Notes under the pieces: generated by a model
Databases searched by the model: none
What the model was told of the DNA's origin: nothing
Seen by the model: only the letters and a program-made list of their open reading frames with translations
Part shown: one piece after another, positions 1 to 13,520 of the stretch
Layout of the letters: the number at the start of each line of letters is the position of its first letter
How positions within the stretch are numbered: the first letter of the stretch is position 1
NCBI RefSeq assembly: GCF_009914755.1
Contig: NC_060926.1
DNA length: 64,000 nt
Origin: the human T2T-CHM13v2.0 reference genome, Homo sapiens
Reading direction: 5' to 3' (one strand)
Made by a program: the position numbers and the translations under genes

Positions 1-399
1 TTAGGAAAAAAGAGCAAGGGTGGCTTGGATTTAGGTTGAGGGTGATTATTGCAGGGGAGGGAAGGGGATGCCTTTTTCCTTACTGAAGATAAGATGAGAG
101 GACTACAGGCCTGGGTGGCAGGAACATTAGCCAACGTGAAGACAAGAAATTAGACCTGGTCCACTGCCTCTGCCTTCTCCTTTCCTGCTGAGTTTAAGCC
201 AATCAGCTTGATGGGTTCATGGGTAGACTCAGGGCTCCAGAAACACAACAGATAGGCAGGTGTCTGGGATTCAGAAAGACAACAGAGAAGGGGAAAAAAA
301 GAAAGGATTTCAGGGCCAGGGGAAAGGGCTGGACACTTTCATTCGTTCAACTGTGCTGGTCACCTGGATGCGGTTCATGGTATCCTCTGGGAAGTTGTT

Positions 400-690
400 C
401 ATGTAAGGATGAATACAGTGTAGCAAAATTAGTGCCTCCGGAGAAGTAGCCTACGTGTTGGGAAGCTGCAAGGGTAGTACCTATGCCAGCTGGGGTGGAC
501 AGGAAGAGAAGGGAGTCAGGAGAAAGGCCTAACAGAAGTGAACTCCTGGTTGAAGTTTGAAGGACAGGTAGGAGTTAGCCAGGCCAGGAGAAGGAAGAAC
601 ACTTTAGGCAACTGGAACAGGTAGAAACAGGAAGCATAGGGCCCTGGAGCCCCATTCAGCATGGGCAACAGGGCTGGGTATGGGTTGGGC
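400..690 (-). mobile_element. L2 fragment (antisense)
   Basis: tttgaaggacaggtaggagttagccagg...aggcaactggaacag, characteristic of antisense L2. Confidence 0.55.
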
Positions 691-2279
691 TTGGTGGATA
701 ATGAACGTCAGACAGAGGCTAGATCTTCAAGGGTCTGGGGTCAGAGCATTAACACTGGAGACTAGCTCATTAACACTGGAGACTAGCCTACAGTCCCAGC
801 AGGTAGAAATTGGGCATAACAGCAGTGATTCCAAAAAGAGGACCCAGAAGCTTCTTGTGCCAGGACCACCTGAACCAATTTGCACAACCATGGCCAGGGT
901 TACAGTGGCCTCATGAGACAGGACCAGGATCCCTCCAAGAGCACTCTTTGGTGAACACTTTTGGTAGGCGAGTGACGTCAGGGCCTGGTCACAGGGGTCC
1001 ATGGTATCATGCTTCGAGAATCGTGCCTGCTTCCACTGGAACTCCAAGATCATCGAGGGAATACACACAGAGGTGATGGGCTCTGGTGAGGATCCTTAAG
1101 CCTAAATCCCTTTCAATCACACAGATATCACCAGTATCATCAGTTGACAAAGAGGTTTAAGATTTCTGAAACTTCAGCTTGGTTGAACATCAAAAGGCGG
1201 GTGGACCATCCTGATGCATTAGCAGTTTGAAGGGGCCGGGAAGAGTGAAAATGACTAGGAATTACTATAGTGAAATGGAGGCTGGAGCAACCTAGCATGA
1301 AGATCCCACGAAGAACGGAGTGAGGCAGAGCACAGGGCAACCTGGAAAGAAGCAGTCACGACTAGCAAAGGGAGCCTGTGCATTTTGTTAGGGGTGGGAA
1401 GGGTCTCTAGAGGCCTCAACCTGGTGCGGACAGTGAGAACTAGAGGAGCAAGGGGACAATTGGCCCCTGGTCGTAGAGGAAAAAAGCTGCCAACTGCTGA
1501 GGATCCCAGCTGGAAGGAAACCCGGAGTGGATGCTGGAGGAGTGAGCCTGAAGTTTGCTCCCTGTGCCTGCACAACTGTAGGGAAGCTTCGTGAGGTGAG
1601 ATGATTCCATAGCTGAAGGAGGATCTGCCTGACACGTGTATCCAGTCCAGGGATCCCTGGAGTCAGGGGTCCTTCAGAGGGAGACACAGGCTGCCTGGAA
1701 CATGAGGTGTCCCCACTCTAGGAAGGAACATGACAGGTGGGGTCAGTGCTTGAAAGGTATGCAGATCATGCAATCACTTGGGACATGTTAACTGAGTGGG
1801 TGGGCACCTTGGTCCATTCTGCATGGAGTACCAATGCCTCCAGCAGTCCTGTCCAGCTTCAGACAAACCAGCCCAGCTAGCATAACCTCTTCTCAAATCT
1901 TCCCCATGCCTCAGATGCACTGAACTCCCGAGGGAACCAGGATCAGCACCCCAGCCTCTCCCTTTAGTTTTCTGCCACTACATACGTGGTGTCCACTCTG
2001 CAGTGGCAGGTGTCAAACACAAGACAATAAAGGATCTGAGTCCTAGCAGTCTGATGTGTAAATGCATCAAAAGTGTCCTTGGAAATCTGATAATCCAACC
2101 TCATCATGTTGAAATGAGGCATTAGCGGCCAAGAATGGGGCAGTGACTTGTCCCGCCAGTGAGAGACAAAGGCAGGCTAGAATTAGGGTGTGCTGATGAG
2201 CCCAGGCTTGCTGAAAGCTCCCACTTACTGAGCATCCACTCCATGCCAGGCCCCTCCACTAGGCACTTTAATAAAAATA

Positions 2280-2600
2280 ACAACAATAGCAGCTACCATG
2301 GACTGAACATTTACTCTGTGCCTGGCACTTGGCAAACCTTATCACATTGGATCCCTACAACGACCTTAAGAGAAAGTGATTTCTACCACTGTCATACAAC
2401 TGGGATTCACTCCCAGGTCAGTCCAACTGTAAACTCTCAGCCCATTTTATAAATATCATAACCCTCAGCTCTCACAACAGCTCTACAAGTTAACATTTTT
2501 ATCCCCACTTTTTCTTGATGACAAAACAGAGGCTCGTTGCGATAAAATAGCCACCCCAAATTCACAAAGCTGACATGTGACAGAACAAGACTGTGCTCTT
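2280..2600 (-). mobile_element. MIR fragments
   Basis: actgaacatttactctgtgcctggcact, ctcacaacagctcta...atcccca...aaaacagaggctc. Confidence 0.65.
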
Positions 2601-3138
2601 CCTTCTGCATGGGTGTGGCTGGTGCCCTGAGTCCTCTGCCTCCCTGGGAACAAAGAGGGGACACTCAGACATAGACATTAGGGAAGGGCTCTAAGTCATT
2701 GCACGCCATCTTGGTGGTCCAAGGTACCAGCAGGTAGGCCCAGCACCACCTTCTGGAGTTCCCAAGGCTGTGACTCAGAAGGAATCCTCACTCAAGGCCA
2801 GAAGTGTAACTTTTGAGTTTGCCATTTGTATAGTGTTGACTGAAGCCACCAAGTTGTGCCTGGCCATTTTATGTGTGTGCCAGGGTCATTAAAGGAGGCC
2901 AGAATGGCGTTGAGAAGGGCTCGACAGAACATCCCTAGGACACTGTGAGATGCTAGCATGCAGACAGGGATGCAGAAGCAAATGGCATCACTGAACTCTA
3001 TCCCTGAGTAGGGTCCACTCTTTGTCTATACCACTGCCCTCCTGGGGCACTGCTCAGAACCTCCTCTGCTTCCCATCTGCCTGCAAGCAACATCAAAATG
3101 CTTTGCCGCAACACTTGAATCCCCCTCCTGCCCCCCCA

Positions 3139-3180
3139 ACACATACACACACACATGCACATATGTGTACACACACACAC
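3139..3180. repeat. Imperfect (CA)n microsatellite
   Basis: acatacacacacacatgcacatatgtgtacacacacacac. Confidence 0.8.
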
Positions 3181-3580
3181 CCATCTGATGCTCACCATCT
3201 ATTTGGTTGAACACTATTCACATTTCACTTCCCAATTTTCCACTGGGACCTCGCACTCAGTTTTCTCGTGAACAGGTTCATCTTTCCCAGTTTAAGGAGA
3301 AAAGGTGGGGCAAAGTTCATCTCTGTGGTCCCCCTGTGCCCCCCACTGTACCCAGAAAACAGAGGCAGCTTGTTACCGTTTGTTGAATTTAAGTTGCATT
3401 GTATTCAGAATGGGCACTCACTACCAGCCCAGGTGCATCCCAGGCTGATGGCAGCGCAAAGAACAATTTGCTGCCAATGGAGCTGAAAGGTTGTCTAGCC
3501 AGCAGCTTCCCAGCCACAGCATTATGCCCCTGGGAGAGAGTGCTTAGACACGTGTTAGTAAAATGAGGTTATATGCAAGC

Positions 3581-3776
3581 CATGGTATACTGGTAAGTGT
3601 TTAACAACTGGCTCTCCAAAAAAAGAAAGCCCTGGTTCGCAGCCCTTGCTAATTTCTATGGTGTAAATACCACCTTGGCTGGTTTCAACATGGCAAATGA
3701 CATCACTGACTGCTGAGTTGAGAGGAAACTAACAATAGGCTCTTGTGAGTGAGTAAGAGCCAGTTCCTACACATGG
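3581..3776. mobile_element. MER63-like hAT non-autonomous element
   Basis: ctggtaagtgtttaacaactggctctc ... gagccagttcc resembles MER63 ends as I recall them. Confidence 0.65.
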
Positions 3777-3929
3777 CTATGTGTCAGGCATCGGACCCCT
3801 GCCACTATTTGTGTGTGGGTATTTCAAATAATGATATTGGCTTCCTGGGTCTTATTGTCGTATGTCTCTTTCTCCCATCTCTACCTGCACCATCTTATTC
3901 TCAGCCACCATAATCAATGACATAAACTC

Positions 3930-4575
3930 TTTCACTAGCCCTGTCTGCTCTTACACTTTCTTCTCTTGTTCCCTTCGATCAACTCACCACACACCAGCCA
4001 CGATACCTTAACACACAATCTGATCATGCCACTCCCTGGGTTTAAAGCTTTCAATGGTTTGCCACCTCTATTAGGGTAAAGTCCAAACTCATGACCACTC
4101 TCTATTTGTGGTCTAGCCCCTTCCGTGCCCTGTAGCTTCCCAGGCACCCACTCCTGGCTCAGACACACTGGCCAATTCTGGCTCTATGACTGGGCCAAAT
4201 TCCTTTTGGACTTCAGGCCCTGTGCACAGCCGCAGCTCTACCTCTGCCTACCATGCTCTTCCTTCTCCATTGTCTCCTTCAGTAACAACTACCCTTCTTC
4301 AGGCCTCAGCTCAAAGGTTTCTTCCTCAGAGATAACTTCACTCCTTCAACATGATTATTGTCCACCATAGAGCCCAGACTGTTGATTTGTAACACTTCTC
4401 CTGTTTGTGTCATACATGTAACTGTGTGATCATTGGTTTAACATAAGCTTTCCACACTGGGACTGGAAGCTCATGGAGACCACATCAGTCCTGCTCACCA
4501 TTATATAGTCAGATTTAGCATGGAGCCAGGCACATGGTGGAAAGTAAATATTCATTAATTGAATTAATTAGTTAA
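3930..4575 (+). mobile_element. L2 LINE 3' fragment
   Basis: tgatcatgccactccc...aagtccaaactc...ccaggcacatgg...aaatattc, typical L2 3' end. Confidence 0.7.
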
Positions 4576-5229
4576 TGGTCCATGAGCTCAAGGAGATAAG
4601 CAAGGTCTTCCCAGATGGCCATTCCCAGGATTGATCTTTCAAGAAAGAGGAAGAACCCCAGAGAGAAAACTGGAACTAAGATGGGAAAGGTGTCTTTCTC
4701 TTCATCATGGCTTTGTTGTCTTGAACTTGGACTTTGAAGAATCAAGGAGTCTAGACATACATTCTGGGTGGTGGGTGCTAAGGAGGGGCCCGCCCATGAA
4801 GATGGTTCTACCTAGAATCTAGGTCCTCTAACGAGCCTGGTTTATTCCCCAGATTTGGAAAGAGGATGGATTTGAGTTGATTTAGTGGAGGTTAAAGAGC
4901 CTTGACCCTTGAATCTTATAGCCTTGCTTGGATCTGGAAAGGAAGGTTTAGGCCAAACAATAAAGAAAAGAGCAGCAGCACCTTTTAAGGCCAGAGTGGA
5001 AGTGGTGGGGATGGAATCTGCAGGAGAACTTAGGAGGATACTGAGAGCTGGAGCCCCTCAGCCAATTCTGGCTCCCACCAGAGAGGCCCCTTCAGTGGCC
5101 AACCTTGAAGGATCTGCCCTGGGTTTTTATGAAGCATGGCAGGAAATGTCTTCATGGTCCTATGGCCCACCGTTTCTGTTCCTGACCATGGCTCCCTCAC
5201 ACCTCTGATGGTTTCCACATATTGTGACA

Positions 5230-6320
<1,091 letters not shown>

Positions 6321-6986
6321 TAATACTTTTCACTGAGAACAAAATGTCATTTTTACTATTAACAAATAATTTTTAATTAAAAATATTCCTTAATTCGCCT
6401 TTATGACATCTTCTTTAGTTTTCACTGTAGTTTCCTTTGTGTTCCATTGCTTTTTATATTTAGCTTCTTTTGTCTCATTCATACATTTAAAAGCCCTGCT
6501 TACTCTACCTTTATCTCACCTTCATTCATTTCTACTTTTGTGTATATTTTATCCTGGAAATCTCACTAGTATAGAAATAGATGTGTATAATTTATACTAA
6601 GTGATTATAGATGGGGGACTGATGGAAATGCAAGGTCCAAAGTGTGTAGCAATCACTCCTGATGCAGGCAAGTGTCTTGCTTCATCAATAGAGTAAAGCT
6701 CCTTGGAGGCAGGAAGACTGGCTTAATTCCTCCACAACCTCTCTACTCCACCCGACACCTGGCCATTGCTGCAGAGGAAGCATGTGTTGAGAGGGGGAGA
6801 GGACACAGAAGTGGAAGTGGGGAAAGGCTAAACACAGTTGCTGGGGAGGCTGGGAAGATGCTGTCCCCTCCCCGGAATCCCCCCAGCCTAAGAAGACCCA
6901 TGCTCAAGGCTAGCTTTGCCACCAGTTTGTTCAGCGGTGTTGGTAAGGATCTCATTGGCTTTTTTTTTTTTTAGCTACATAATTAA

Positions 6987-7250
6987 GTTTCCCAAACTTC
7001 AGGCATTTATGCACCAACAGGATTTTCTGCCATTTTCTCATAACCTCTATCCTCTAATTAACCTAACACCTCTTTCTTAAATAACTCAGTTCTTTCACAA
7101 GCCTTATCCTATGCAATAACCACCTGAAATCACAGACTGATGAGATAGCTATTTTTTGTCTACTACATGTTAAAATGAATATGTAACTATGAAAATATAA
7201 AATGTTCATATTCTTGTTACCAAGAGTGTATGTACCATTCTTTGGGAAAC
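6987..7250. mobile_element. hAT-Charlie-type MITE
   Basis: Perfect 10-bp inverted termini GTTTCCCAAA (6987-96) and TTTGGGAAAC (7241-50) around an AT-rich core. Confidence 0.55.
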
Positions 7251-10200
7251 CTGGGTACAGGTGGTATTTTTAAGGTCCAATTAAACTAAGTTCCACCAGT
7301 CCATAATTCTACCAATGGAGTGATCGCTCTGATCTTGGAGCTTTCCAAGTCTCAGTGCCAGGTTAGGATTGAGGCTCTCTCCTCATTTCCCAAAGTCACA
7401 GAACAATTCTTGCTCTCCTTTGGAGCATGACCTCAAAGTTGTAGGGAAAGAAATGGGATTATTTTTATTTCAACATGACAAGCTCTCCCTTGGCAATAAT
7501 TACCCCCAAACTAAAGCCATGTGATACTCTATCTGTGAATCTCTGATTTTTTTTAATTGCAAATTTTTAGCTCAAAGCTTCATTTCCACCCACAATCACT
7601 GAAGCTACAGTCAGAGTTATAGTGTCAAGACAGTTGAATATATATCTGAAGTGAAGAGGGGAATATGCCTTGTGCTTAGAATCAAGGGACCAGTTTCTAG
7701 GTCTGGTCTGCCAGTAATTTCTTAGTAATCTCACTGTGGACAAGTTACTTGCCTGGTCCTTTCTATCCCATGAGTGAAGGATGGAGACAAGTATGACTAT
7801 TATTGCACAGACATACATTACTACTGTTATTTATGCAGTAAACATTGTGGACGTTACATTCTACTGGGAGGAGACAGACAGTGAAGATAATACATTATCA
7901 AACAATGTAAGACATTAGGAGGCAGAAAAAATAAAGCAGGGATGGGGAGAGAGTTTCTGAGAGTCAGAGATTCCTTCTCATGACCACAGCTGCCTTAAGC
8001 CTGCATCTTACCAGCCCACTCCCTTCCCCTCCACTCTTGTCCTCAATTTCTAATCTCACCTACGTGTCAGGATCTATCACTCAGGTAACAATTAGTAGCA
8101 TAAGCCACCCACCTGTCCCTTGTCCCAGACAACGCAACGTTTCCCATCTGCTCCTTGGCGAAGGAACTCTTAGCCTGACCTTAGGCTAAGCAAGGACAGA
8201 GCTGGGACCTCAAATTCATCCACAACTAAACCAGAAATTCAGGCAGCCTAGTTGTAGGACCCTGAATCAGTGACTCAACTTCTATGGAATGTAAAGTCTT
8301 TTTTTCTGTGAAACACAGAGATGAGATGTGGTTATTTCTTAAGGCCTTTCCAGTACCAAAATTCCCCAAGTGTAATCATATCAACAACAAATAACAATGC
8401 AAAAAATATTGAGAGAAGTGGACTATACCTAAAACCATAATGATACTGCTAAGAACATATAAATGACATGAACCCTGAAACAGCGACCGAAAATGGGGTT
8501 GATGTGGCCCCCAAAGCTATCACTCTTCTAAGTGATCTTGGGCAAATAACCATTCTAGAACATGTAACACCAATAACGTTGACTGAATTTCTGTTGCCTG
8601 CCAGACACCGTGTTAAACATCATCCCATTGTTTCCACATTCCAGTGAGGCCTGGCATAGACCTTCATAGCACCTTACGCAAGATGCAATGCCTGGAAGAT
8701 TCTGCCAGGCTCCTGCCTTTCCCAGCTCCACCCTGCTTCATGCCTGTCCAGAAGAAGGCAGGATTTCTGGGCCAGAGGTCACACAGTGGAGGGCTGCATC
8801 TGGCCCACAGATACGTTTGGGTTGGCCCATACAGAGTTGGCCTGTACCAATTGTTCAAAAGATTTTCATCAGTTACCAGCTAATTTCACATTTAAGGAAA
8901 AAAAAGTCTGGCTTCTTTGAAAACTTAGAGACTATGGCCCACACTTATAGCTACCATTGGCTGGAGGTGAGTCACAATCACCCCATGAGAAAAGGCATGT
9001 GCACGCTAGTTTGCCATAGACCCCAGCACTCTCTGTTGCCTTCTGATCAAGCCCCTTCATTCACTGAAAATACCTGCCTGGCCTTGTTCTCCTGACTCCT
9101 TCTTCAGACCTGCATCATGACCCCAGAGGAGGATGTCAGGATCCAATGAGTAATCAGACACTGAAATGTTCTTGGCCCAGCAGGCTATAATTAATGCACA
9201 TTAGATTTATGTGGGGACCAGACATAAAATATAATAATATGTGCCCTTTATGGAGTACCCATTCCATCCCAAGCTCTACAAAAATCATTTCATTTTGCCC
9301 TCCGAAAAAAAAAAAAAAAACCCTATTAACCTTCATTTCCAAAAAATGAAAGAAAAACAAAATTCAAGAGAGATTAAATGATTTGTCCAGGGTCACACCT
9401 TTGGGATGGATTTTGAGCCCAGCCGAGCCCTGCTCTTTCCTAAGGTGCACTTCCCATTGCCCCCACCTTGCATTTGTATGGTTCTTTTGACTTTTCCAGG
9501 ATGTGAGCTCCACTATTAAAATCAGGGTTTTGCTCTAAATTAAATGATATGTAAAAGGCTCGAATAGATACATTTGGTCTCCTGTGCTGGTGGCAAGGAG
9601 GGAGGGAGCTGGGCCATGAACAGAGTTGGTGCTGGAAGCAGACAGAGATCACCATGCAACTGTTGAGCCTTGTCAAATTTGAGAGTGTATGTGAGACCCA
9701 CCAACAAACATCCCTGTGTCTTTTGCAAGACTTCAGACATTCCAGGCCACCAGGCTGATCAAACCAATTTAACGGGGCTAGGGGTGAGGGTGGGCTCAGA
9801 TTTGTTCAACATTAGGCTGTGTCTGGGCGTGCAAAGTAGTGCATTTCTCACTGACTGGTCAATACTGCTGCAGCGAAGAAAGAATTAAGGAAACATGCGA
9901 ACTGAAAAGTGCTGTCTTGTGCTACATTATCCTGGCACTCAGTGGTCTGTTCCTGCAATGGAGGGCCCTCTAGTTTCTGCTGTCCTAGCCCCAATCACAA
10001 CAGGAGAGCCATTCTTTGACTCCTGAATGAGGGAGTGGGGTCACTCAAGCACTGGCTGTGTAATTTTGGCAGCTTAACAATCACTCTGGGACTCACTTTT
10101 TCTCTCTCTGAAATGGCAATATTATACCTCCTTCAAGGACTCATTGTGAGAAAAACCTCATGAGGCACCAACAAACTTTAGTTTGTATCTCCACAATCAG

Positions 10201-13200
10201 AAGTAAAGACTTTAAAGGCAGACACTCCCCTTGTTACCCCCATTTCACACCAAGGAGGCCTAGAGCCTTGGAAGACCCCAAGAGCATTCAGAAGGACTCA
10301 TGGATTGACATAGACTGCAGCCCCGAAGGGTAGGGAAGGAAGGTTGATGCCCAAGATCTGAGCATCGTGAAGGAAAAACTCTAAAATCTTCAGACCAAAA
10401 GGGGAAGACACTAAACACAGTGAAGGAGAAAAAGGAGTGAGGGGATCTTATGGCTTTTTGCAAAGGACACCCAGAAGGGTGGACATGCTTGAATTCAGTT
10501 ACATAACGAGTTGTTGAGAGGGTGCCTCCCACGCAGTCAGGGTGGAAGTGATAAAGATGACTCATACCCTGGCCCCTCTCTCAGAGTACTTTATTCCATG
10601 TTGGTGATATCTCTGATTACCCACACGTCAGTTAGCGTTGTGCTTTGCTTACCGTGTAGATGCCCAATAAGAACTCGATGAAGGTGTGACTCAACTCCTA
10701 GGTACACTAACATAGAGCATTCTCTATATTCTTCAAAGCCCACTCACCATTCCATCCTTGCTCCATTCCCACCCAGTCCCCCCATCCTTGAAGCCACCCC
10801 TCCAATCCCTTCAGACCTCCTACGATCATACCTCCTACGATCATAGTCTATTCACCGGCATATAAGAACGAATTATACGCTGCCCGCATTGTACACTCTC
10901 CTTTGCTCAGCACACAGTAGCAGCACTATGAAAATGAATGAATTAAAGCTCTGTGAGGGCAATGACCATGATTTTCCCGAGGAGCCAGCCCATTTTATAT
11001 GTTAATACATTCTTCTGGCTGGCTTGTGTGGTTGCCACTAAGAACATGTGGACTGCCTGAAAGAAGGAGGTTTAATATTGGAAAGTAAGCATCCGAGGCC
11101 AGAAGTGGCATTGGCCATCTGTCCCAGGACAGATCCAGGTATCCACACACAGTCTCTGAGCAGCCCGAGTGCCTTTTAATATCCACATCAGGCCCTCCCG
11201 CTGCTCCTTCCCCAGCTCAGAACCCTGGGCTGTGCCGCCCCACCTGCCCAAACACTGTCCCACCAAGGTGGGTGTAGAAGCTGAAACCTGAACCAAGTAT
11301 GTGTAAAAATCCCCAAAGAGGGAAAAACGGTTGTTTGCCAAGCGAGGTTCTACAAGTTTAGAAAAGGTGAATTGGCCTTCACCTTCTTTAGATAGGGCAA
11401 ATGCGACTGAAGGGCATCACTGGTATTTTCCCAAAGTTAGTGGCATTAATCTATATAATTAATTAGACAGACTAGACCTACATCTTTCTGTTTTGCACAT
11501 TTGTGGAAAAAAATTCCTTGAGCTTGGCACACTGATTATTTTGTGCTAGAACAAAAAGATTTGTAGCTTCAAAACCAAATTCAAGCAATTTAATAAATTG
11601 CAAGCCAAGCCCTTTAGGGCTGGGTTTGGTCTCAGATGATTTTTCTGCTCGTGCTCGGGTCTAGGCAGGGTAACAGTGCAGGAAAAACAAGAGGCCACTG
11701 GCTTGTTAAGGCTGGATGTTCTTCCCACCCGGAAATTCTCTTCCGAGCTGTAAGTACCCAAAAACCAACCTACATTCTTAAATTCCACTGAAAAAAGATC
11801 TCATCCTAGTTTCGATAAATTTGATACTTCTGTGCTCTGTGCAATATGTGTGATATATAATCCATATCAGGGTTTCTAGTCCTAAATGTAATATGCATCC
11901 TGGAAAGAGAATAATTCTTTGCTAATCTTTTTGAGTTTATTGCATCTGCTGTCTCAATTCTAACAAATCCAGTTCAGGCCTTAAAATCACTTGCGTACAT
12001 TGTTTGTCTGTCTCATAATGGTATCCATAGAGTCCAGTTATTTATTTGATGAAGAGCAAGGATAGTCCTATGAGACGTCTTTTCTCTGATTCTTTAACAA
12101 TGGCAATAACTAAGTCATTATTCAGGAAACTAAACTCCCATTCAAAATGAATTTTAGATTTTGTTCCTATGCTTTCTGCACATTGAATTGAAGTTCACGA
12201 GTTTTATGGCCCAATTGTGAGGGTACATGTGAGTACTGGGGAGGGTGGGGGATCTGAAACCTACTGGATTGTCATACAGAGAAATAACTATATAAAATTT
12301 TAATTATCTATCTTGAAGTAATAATAAATGTTTGATGAGATAATAATGAGACATGCAGGGAAATGTTAATGAATGTGTGGAACATAAAGAGTTTAAATAA
12401 AAGAAGAAGAGGAATCGCTTAGTAATCGGCTGTTACTATTCATATATTTGCTACAGGGTTTTGGAAGTCAACTGAAGGATGTTTCACAGGTCACACTGTA
12501 GTCAGGATAATATTATGTTTGTTTATGGTGGAAACAAAGATCTTTGAATATTTTTCCCCTGGCAAAACTGTTACCAAAATAACTCCTGGGTTTCAGTTGG
12601 AATCTGGAATCCCGTATTGAAGTTGCGTTTTACGTTTTTCTTGCATCTCTCTGGCCTGGTTCCTATTTCCTTGTTGCTACCGCTAAGGGAAAACATGCAC
12701 CACAACAAGGACAGTATCAGAAGCCCCATTTGCCGGCCTCGTCGGCAGTCATGGTGCTGAGATTGTTCCCAACTTAATTCAACAAAAATTAAATATTTTC
12801 TCTTTCAGTCTGGTTGTTTACTTGGAAAAACACCATATAATTAAAACCATTTTATGACTTGTCGCAAAGAACAAAAAAGATGACTCAGTCCTCAAGACTC
12901 TTTGGTGGGGAGGCTTTCCACTCAAGTGAGAAATAGAAAGTATTGGTGGTCAATGGGACATTTACAGTTTTTTATTTTCCCCTTAGAGTTAGGAAGGTCT
13001 TGCCCCAGAGCTTGAGGAAGATATTTTAAAGGAAAAGCAGAACCAGAGATGAGGAGAATGTGAGAGGCTTAGATTGCCTTCAGGACTGGGAAACTTAGCA
13101 TCAATACTGAAGCCAGGTTTTACAATGCCAATGCCCTTGCCTTTGGCAGGAAAAAATGATGGGGGAGTAGGATCCCTCAGAACTGGCTTCAGACAGATAG

Positions 13201-13339
13201 TTGCATTTTATTTCTTGCTGAAATCAATAAGTATTAAAACTATAAAAAGGGACTTTTCATCTGCTAATATAAAAGTAACAATGGTCTTAGTAGGTCTAAG
13301 TCCAATAGTAGTAAGAGGTTACTCTCAGTAGGTACTTCC

Positions 13340-13520
13340 CTGGCTGACATGAGTGCCATGTCAAGAACTTCCCAGGTATCATCCCATCTGATCCTTACGA
13401 CTCTAAGAGACAGATAGTCTTGCCTCCATTTTGCAGATTTTAAATAACTCACGTGTGAAAAAGTTAAGAATTTGCCCCCAAACACAATGCCAGTAAGCGG
13501 TAGAGCCGGAATTAAATTCT
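13340..13520 (-). mobile_element. MIR
   Basis: atcccatctgatccttacgactc...tccattttgcagat...aagttaagaatttgccc. Confidence 0.6.

Noticed and set aside
720-1640. Cluster of 70-126 aa ORFs suggesting a processed pseudogene
   Set aside because: No recognisable protein, poly-A tail or TSD; more likely degraded LINE/other repeat or unique intergenic DNA.
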